A stretch of DNA of 30,838 nucleotides, from the NCBI GenBank assembly GCA_037142615.1, contig JBAXAI010000040.1:1-30838 (forward strand). Reading direction: 5' to 3'. Made by a program: the position numbers and the translations under genes. The notes below the pieces were generated by a model that was given only the letters and a program-made list of their open reading frames with translations, did not search any database and was not told where the DNA came from. The DNA is from Spirochaetales bacterium. GTDB lineage: Bacteria; Spirochaetota; Spirochaetia; JABEVK01. Below are positions 25,556 to 30,838 of this stretch, piece after piece. Every line of letters starts with the position of its first letter. Within the stretch, counting starts at the first letter, position 1.

Positions 25556-27970
25556 CTAATTGTGGGTGTTGTCATTGTCCGTGGCGATCGGAGCATTGTT
25601 CGTGTTCTGCCACGAGTTGACCGCAAGCGATGTGGTATCAGCAAACACCAGCGAGTGCCCTGCCATTGGCGGGTAAGTGATTTCCACGGTTAGGGTGTCA
25701 CCTCCTGCCTGTTGAGCCGTCGCCGAAGGAACGTAACCGGCATCGCGGGACCATGTCAGGTTCCCCGTCGTCCATTGCCCGTTGTTGTCGGTGGTCAGGG
25801 TCAAAGTCCCGCCGGTGATCGAGACGTTGCCGTTGGCCGTGCTGGGCGTCGCGTCCGATAAAGCCAAGGCGATCTTCACTTGCTGGCCCGAAATGGGCAG
25901 GTAGCTCGCGGTGCTCGACGTGGTGGGCGTGGCCCTCTGTTGCACTTTGCCCTGAAGCACAGTGGTGAAGTTCCACGACTTGGTCCGCGTCACCGTGATG
26001 GGCGTCCCGGTCTTGTCCAGGGCGGAGTCGGAGGTGAGCTGAACATCGGCGAGCGTCGTGGACGAGTAATTGGCGTCGATCACCTGGATGGAGGCCCACG
26101 GCGAGTCGGAGTTTGAGGCCGTCGGGGAGTTGTTCGTCCAGGTCACGTTCGAGAACGTGAAGATGCCGTTGCTGTCGGTGGTGACCGTCGCCGGCTGTGC
26201 ATTGTTGTTGGGGCCGTTGGTGGGTGTCACTGCCTTGAGGGTCAACGAGACCTGCACGTTTCCGATCACGGGGTTGCCGCTCGCGTTAGTGACGACCTTT
26301 CCCGTTATCTTGGGGACATTGAACGTCACCCGCTTCACTGAAAGTGGGCTGCTCGTGGTGATATCGACTCCCGTGGTGGTAGGTGTAGGGTTGCTCGCGG
26401 TCGCCTGCGGGTCACTCACGATGCTCATCACGTACGGGCTAGCGGCGACGTTGGGCGAAGTGTAGTTGTTGTCGTTGACGAACATCTCGATGTTCTCTTT
26501 CGACTGGGTCTTCGCGACGTCGCCCCACAGCGGCTTCGTATTCACCCAAGTGACATTCTTGAACTCAAAAATCCCGTCGCTCGTGCCATCGTTGCCAGTC
26601 GTCACAGAGTAGGCGCCATTCGGGGCATTGTTGTCGGCAAGGTTGAGAGAGACGGTCACGCCGTTGACGCCGGTGCTGGAACCGGCGAGCACCAACTTGC
26701 CCTTTATCGAGGCCTTCTTGAAGGTGGCCTTGCCGGCACTCAGGGTGACAGCCGACGCACCCGTGCTGATGTTGAGGGCTTGATCCGACTTTAAGGTGAT
26801 CGACAGAGGATTGGTCGCGTCGTTGGTGGAATAGAAGTTGGCGCCGCTAACGTAGAGCTGAGCGGCCGTGCTATCGTCGTAGCTTCCCGCTTGGCTCCGG
26901 TTGGGATGCACATTAGTCCAGCGCAAGTTGTTGAATACAAACCAACCGTCGGTTCCCACGGTCGCCGTAGTGACGTTGGGATCGGCGTTGGCGTTCGACG
27001 CCGGAATGTGCACTGAAACCTGCACTCCATTGAGACCGTGCGTCGGATCCTGGGCGTCCATCAGTCGCCCCCTCAGTTCTGGTATCGAGAAGCTGGTACT
27101 CCTCACTTCGATGGGGGTGCTGCTGAGATCCTTTTTCGCTCCGCTTGTCACGCTCACGATATAGGCCGCGTCGACGTTGTTGGGGTAGTTGTCGTGGTTG
27201 GCTTTGTCGGCGTAGTAGTTGGCGTCGTTTATGTACAGTCTGATCGTTTCGGTGGCTGTCACATTGCCGCTAGCAGCATCGGTGACGAGTCCTTTGCTCA
27301 CCGACGGGATCGAGTCAGCGTCGTTCCACGGCACATCCCGGAACACGAACACGCCGTCTTCGCCATCGACGGAGGCGGTGGCAACGGTAAAGTCTGCATC
27401 GTTGGCGGTGGTTGAGCCCAAGTCGAGCACGACGTTGACGCCGTTGATGGCGTTGCCTTTTTCATTGACCACCTTGCCGCGTACCTCGGTGGTCTTGATC
27501 AGGGTCATTTCGATGGTGGGCACCAGATTGGTCGAGTCCGACAGCACGCCGGTCACTTTGACGGTCTTGGGGAAGTACCCCATGCGCTGCACCTGGATCC
27601 AAACCGTGCCCGAGTCGCCGGTGTCGGAAAACTTCGGCGAACTGGTCTCCCAGGTGATCTTGTGGCTCCAGAAGCCATTGTTGCCCCCGGAGCTGGCCGT
27701 GGCCGATTTGACCAGGTAGGTCGCTCCCGCAACGGAAGGGTCAGTGAGGTAGATGCGGATTTCCGCATCGTTGATGCCACCGTTTGCGGCAGGAGCCGCC
27801 GCGCCACCGCCAGCCGCGTTGCCCGCACCTGTGGCATTCCCGGCGGTTCCGAACGAGGCGTCTTTGACGTAGCCCGAGACCGTCGCGCTGTAGTAACGGG
27901 TGCCGCACGAGGTGAGGCCGAAGACGGCGATCAAGGCGAGATAGGCAGCAAAGTGGGGGCGAAGTTTCAT
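25556..27970 (-). CDS. Large lipoprotein with about six tandem beta-sandwich (carboxypeptidase-regulatory/prealbumin-like) repeats
   Basis: ATG 27970 in an ATGA overlap; lipobox FGLTS-C (Cys22); repeated pattern (I/L/V)xGK(V/L)...NGVxVxL...DG(I/V/W)FxFxNVxW...DxNY; Thr/Asn/Ser-rich. Confidence 0.8.
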   Translation of the reverse strand: MKLRPHFAAYLALIAVFGLTSCGTRYYSATVSGYVKDASFGTAGNATGAGNAAGGGAAAPAANGGINDAEIRIYLTDPSVAGATYLVKSATASSGGNNGFWSHKITWETSSPKFSDTGDSGTVWIQVQRMGYFPKTVKVTGVLSDSTNLVPTIEMTLIKTTEVRGKVVNEKGNAINGVNVVLDLGSTTANDADFTVATASVDGEDGVFVFRDVPWNDADSIPSVSKGLVTDAASGNVTATETIRLYINDANYYADKANHDNYPNNVDAAYIVSVTSGAKKDLSSTPIEVRSTSFSIPELRGRLMDAQDPTHGLNGVQVSVHIPASNANADPNVTTATVGTDGWFVFNNLRWTNVHPNRSQAGSYDDSTAAQLYVSGANFYSTNDATNPLSITLKSDQALNISTGASAVTLSAGKATFKKASIKGKLVLAGSSTGVNGVTVSLNLADNNAPNGAYSVTTGNDGTSDGIFEFKNVTWVNTKPLWGDVAKTQSKENIEMFVNDNNYTSPNVAASPYVMSIVSDPQATASNPTPTTTGVDITTSSPLSVKRVTFNVPKITGKVVTNASGNPVIGNVQVSLTLKAVTPTNGPNNNAQPATVTTDSNGIFTFSNVTWTNNSPTASNSDSPWASIQVIDANYSSTTLADVQLTSDSALDKTGTPITVTRTKSWNFTTVLQGKVQQRATPTTSSTASYLPISGQQVKIALALSDATPSTANGNVSITGGTLTLTTDNNGQWTTGNLTWSRDAGYVPSATAQQAGGDTLTVEITYPPMAGHSLVFADTTSLAVNSWQNTNNAPIATDNDNTHN

Positions 27971-30838
27971 GATTGTGTCTCCTGGGAGGCTTTTCGTTTT
28001 TCGAACATCCATAGAACGGTGGGGATCAGCAGCAGGGTGATGGCAGTCGAAGTAAGCAAACCGCCAATGATGGCCCGGGCCATCGGCGCGCGGAGTTCTG
28101 CCCCGGAACCGTAGGCCAGCGCCATGGGAATCATCCCCAACACCGTCGCTCCGGTGGTCATCAGAATGGGTTTGAGCCGCGTCTTGCCACCGTGAATGAT
28201 GGCGCGGCGCAGGGGAACTCCCTGCTTTTGCAGGTGGCCGATGTAGTCGATGAGCACGATGGCATTCTTGACGACGATACCCGCGAGCATGATCGCTCCG
28301 GTAAAACTGAGGATGTTGAACGTGGTGTTGGTCAACAAGAGCGCCAGTACCAGCCCGATGACGGCAAACGGGATCGAGAACATGATAATCAGCGGGTTGC
28401 GGAGGTTCTCAAACTGCGCGGCCATAATCATATATACGAGGGCGAGGGCGGCCAGGAGCGCCAAACCCAGGCTGGCGAAGCTTGAGGTCAGTTCGCCTCC
28501 GGTGCCAGTGAAGGCCCTGGTGACTCCGATGGGGGGCGGGCCGGCGTCTTCGATGCGCTTTTGCGCGTCGGCGGTGACGGTAGCCAACGCGATGGTTCCC
28601 GACAGCGAGCCGGTGACTTCGATCGTTCGGGTGCGGTTCTGCCGGCTGATCGACACCGGGCCTAGGGCCTCGTCGATGGTGGCGACGCTTTCGAGCGCGA
28701 TCTTTTTGCCCCGGTTGGTCACAAAAAACAGTTGGCGGATCTGGTCCACCGTGGTGCGATCCTCGTCGGCCAGCAACAGCATCACATCGTAGTCCTGGTC
28801 CTTGGTCCGGTAGGTCGAAACCTTGCTGCCCGAATAGGCGGTGCGCACGCTGGCCGCAATTTCGAGCGGGCTGAGGCCCAGGCTGACGGCCTCTTCGCGC
28901 TTGATACGGATCTGCACCTCCGGTTTGCCGACCTGATGGCTGATTTTGAAGCTTCGGGTACCGGGGGTTTGTTCGGCGATGGCTTTGACCTTCTGGGCGT
29001 AGGCGAACATCGCATCGATATCGTCGCCCGCGAGCCGAACGACGATGGGGCTCGAGACGCCCGTGGCCTGAGTGGCCAAACTGGCCATGCCCTGCAACGC
29101 GATGCCGAAGCGCAGGTCGAGGACTGTCTGGCGGATCTTCCGGTCCAGGCGGTTGGTGAGGGTCCAGATGTTGTCTTTGCGTTCGTCCTTCGACACGAGA
29201 ATGACCGATATGGCGCCCAGGTGGCTGCCACCATCGCCTACGGTGCTCGAAATGCTCTTGAGGTCCTTGCCGAGATCGTCGCGAATGAGTTTTTCGAGGT
29301 CGTTAGCAAGGCCGCGGGTGGTGTCGTAGGTGGAACCCATGCGGGTCTCGAAGTTGACGATGAAAAAGCCATCGTCGGTCTCGGGTAGAAACTCGATGCC
29401 CATCAGCACTACCAGCGCCACCGAACCGACAAGCAGACCCACTGCGCCCACAATCACCCAACGCACGTGGTCGAGCGCCCAGGTGCTGAGCCGTGCATAA
29501 GCGTTGTCCATCCATTGCAGAGCGTTTTGAATCAGCTTGGCCACGAAGTCCAAAGGCTTGAAACCGGTGATCACCTCGAGGTCCGCCAGCGAGATGTCGT
29601 CCAGTTGTTCCTGGGTGAAGTTGGCTTTGTTCAGCGGGACGACCTTGAGCACCCGGCTGGCGAGCACGGGCACCAAGGTCATTGCCGACACGAGCGATAC
29701 CGCCATCGAGATGATCAGCGTCAGCGCCAGGTCACGGAACAGAATGCCAGCCATGCCATCGACAAACAGCAGCGGCACGAACACCGCCAGAGTGGTCAGC
29801 GTAGAAGCAATAACGGCACTGGCCACCTCCTCGGTGCCTTGAACCGCTGCTTCCACCGGCGACAATCCGATCAGAAGTTTTCGATAAATGCTTTCAATGA
29901 CAACAATAGCGTCGTCTACGATCATGCCGATGGCTAGCGTCAGTCCCATGAGACTGGTCAGGTTCATCGTCATATGACTGAAGGCCATGAACACAAACGT
30001 CGAAACCACGGAGATGGGGATGGTGAGCGTAACAATCAGCGTCGAGCGTAAGTTGCGCAGAAAGAACAGGATGATGAGAATGGCCAGCCACGCACCTTCC
30101 CACGCCGCGCTGGCCACGCCGCCGATGGCAGCCCGCACCTGGGCGGCCTGGTCCTCGATGATCTCGAAGCGCACCGATGGGGGCAACAGCGATTTACTGG
30201 CCTCCATGCGTCGCAGCACTTCTTCGTTGACCTTGACGGTGTTGGCGCCCGACTGCTTCTGAATGTTGAGGCGGATGGCGCTTTTGCCGCCCGACTGCAC
30301 GAACTCGTCGGCCGGCAGGCGCTCGAGCTGGATGTCGGCCACGTCGCTCAAAAAGATGGGCGTGTCGCCCTTGGCCCCGATGATCACCCGTCCCACCTCG
30401 GCCTCAGACTGAAACTCGCCGATGGTGCGCAGGCTGATGTTCGACGCATCGGCGCGGATGGTGCCGCCGGGGAGCGAGACGTTTTCGCCCTTGAAGGCCT
30501 GCAACAGACCCATCAACGGAATGCCGACGCTCGAAAGCTCGCTCAGGTGCACCTTGACGGTGAGCGCCGACTTTTCGCCGCCGAAAAGGCTGACTTGGGC
30601 CACGCCCGGGATGCGCTCGAGCTCGGGCACCAGCTTGTCTTCGATCTGACGGCGCAGGTCGAGGCCCTCGGTGCCGGCGGCGATGTTCATACGCAAACTG
30701 GGCAAAAGGGCCGCCGAAAAGATCAAAATGCGCGAGCGCTGAGTGCCGTCAGGAAACTGGCTTTCGACGGTGGTGACGGCCTCGCGGATGTCGGCCGAGG
30801 CCTTGTTCATGTCCTGGCCGTTGGCAAACCTGATCGTC
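27967..30838 (-). CDS. RND efflux permease, AcrB/AcrD/AcrF family (5' end outside the window)
   Basis: Frame is open to the window edge; LERIPGV, GMIVDDAIVVIE, GIVVKNAIVLID, RLKPILMT, LTSTAITLLLIP. Confidence 0.96.
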   Translation of the reverse strand, partial: TIRFANGQDMNKASADIREAVTTVESQFPDGTQRSRILIFSAALLPSLRMNIAAGTEGLDLRRQIEDKLVPELERIPGVAQVSLFGGEKSALTVKVHLSELSSVGIPLMGLLQAFKGENVSLPGGTIRADASNISLRTIGEFQSEAEVGRVIIGAKGDTPIFLSDVADIQLERLPADEFVQSGGKSAIRLNIQKQSGANTVKVNEEVLRRMEASKSLLPPSVRFEIIEDQAAQVRAAIGGVASAAWEGAWLAILIILFFLRNLRSTLIVTLTIPISVVSTFVFMAFSHMTMNLTSLMGLTLAIGMIVDDAIVVIESIYRKLLIGLSPVEAAVQGTEEVASAVIASTLTTLAVFVPLLFVDGMAGILFRDLALTLIISMAVSLVSAMTLVPVLASRVLKVVPLNKANFTQEQLDDISLADLEVITGFKPLDFVAKLIQNALQWMDNAYARLSTWALDHVRWVIVGAVGLLVGSVALVVLMGIEFLPETDDGFFIVNFETRMGSTYDTTRGLANDLEKLIRDDLGKDLKSISSTVGDGGSHLGAISVILVSKDERKDNIWTLTNRLDRKIRQTVLDLRFGIALQGMASLATQATGVSSPIVVRLAGDDIDAMFAYAQKVKAIAEQTPGTRSFKISHQVGKPEVQIRIKREEAVSLGLSPLEIAASVRTAYSGSKVSTYRTKDQDYDVMLLLADEDRTTVDQIRQLFFVTNRGKKIALESVATIDEALGPVSISRQNRTRTIEVTGSLSGTIALATVTADAQKRIEDAGPPPIGVTRAFTGTGGELTSSFASLGLALLAALALVYMIMAAQFENLRNPLIIMFSIPFAVIGLVLALLLTNTTFNILSFTGAIMLAGIVVKNAIVLIDYIGHLQKQGVPLRRAIIHGGKTRLKPILMTTGATVLGMIPMALAYGSGAELRAPMARAIIGGLLTSTAITLLLIPTVLWMFEKRKASQETQS

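Noticed and set aside
25556-27970. Lipoprotein as the membrane fusion protein of the pump, or as an RTX-type T1SS substrate
   Set aside because: No alpha-helical hairpin or lipoyl motifs, no GGxGxD repeats, and it has an N-terminal lipoprotein signal.

Overview
GC-rich bacterial chromosomal window, most likely from a free-living spirochaete. That assignment is an inference from the mfd / exported protein / REC-PilZ-like / multi-LysM amidase cluster and the style of the integrase. Bases 1-230 are homopolymer-rich and probably a contig-end artefact. Bases ~230-2560 look like the right end of an integrated element: a tightly coupled DUF6941-like / small acidic protein / PemK-MazF operon converging on a tyrosine integrase, with tandem and inverted repeats upstream of the integrase. 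Housekeeping genes follow: a cNMP-like/bPH membrane protein, DAHP synthase, an ArsC-like protein, an MBL hydrolase and an acyl-CoA ligase. A ~1 kb islet bounded by a duplicated 3' end of tRNA-Asn(GTT) carries an antitoxin, a frameshifted VapC/PIN toxin and a hairpin cluster. Further on are a 5xLysM amidase, mfd, ptsP, trmB, citrate synthase, a NarX/PilJ-sensor diguanylate cyclase and a NUDIX hydrolase. The window ends in a minus-strand operon where a ~800 aa six-repeat lipoprotein sits between an RND permease (truncated by the window edge) and TolC. The best candidates for undescribed systems are the RND-lipoprotein-TolC operon and the three-gene DUF6941-antitoxin-MazF module. Family calls come from motif recognition by eye; no searches were run.
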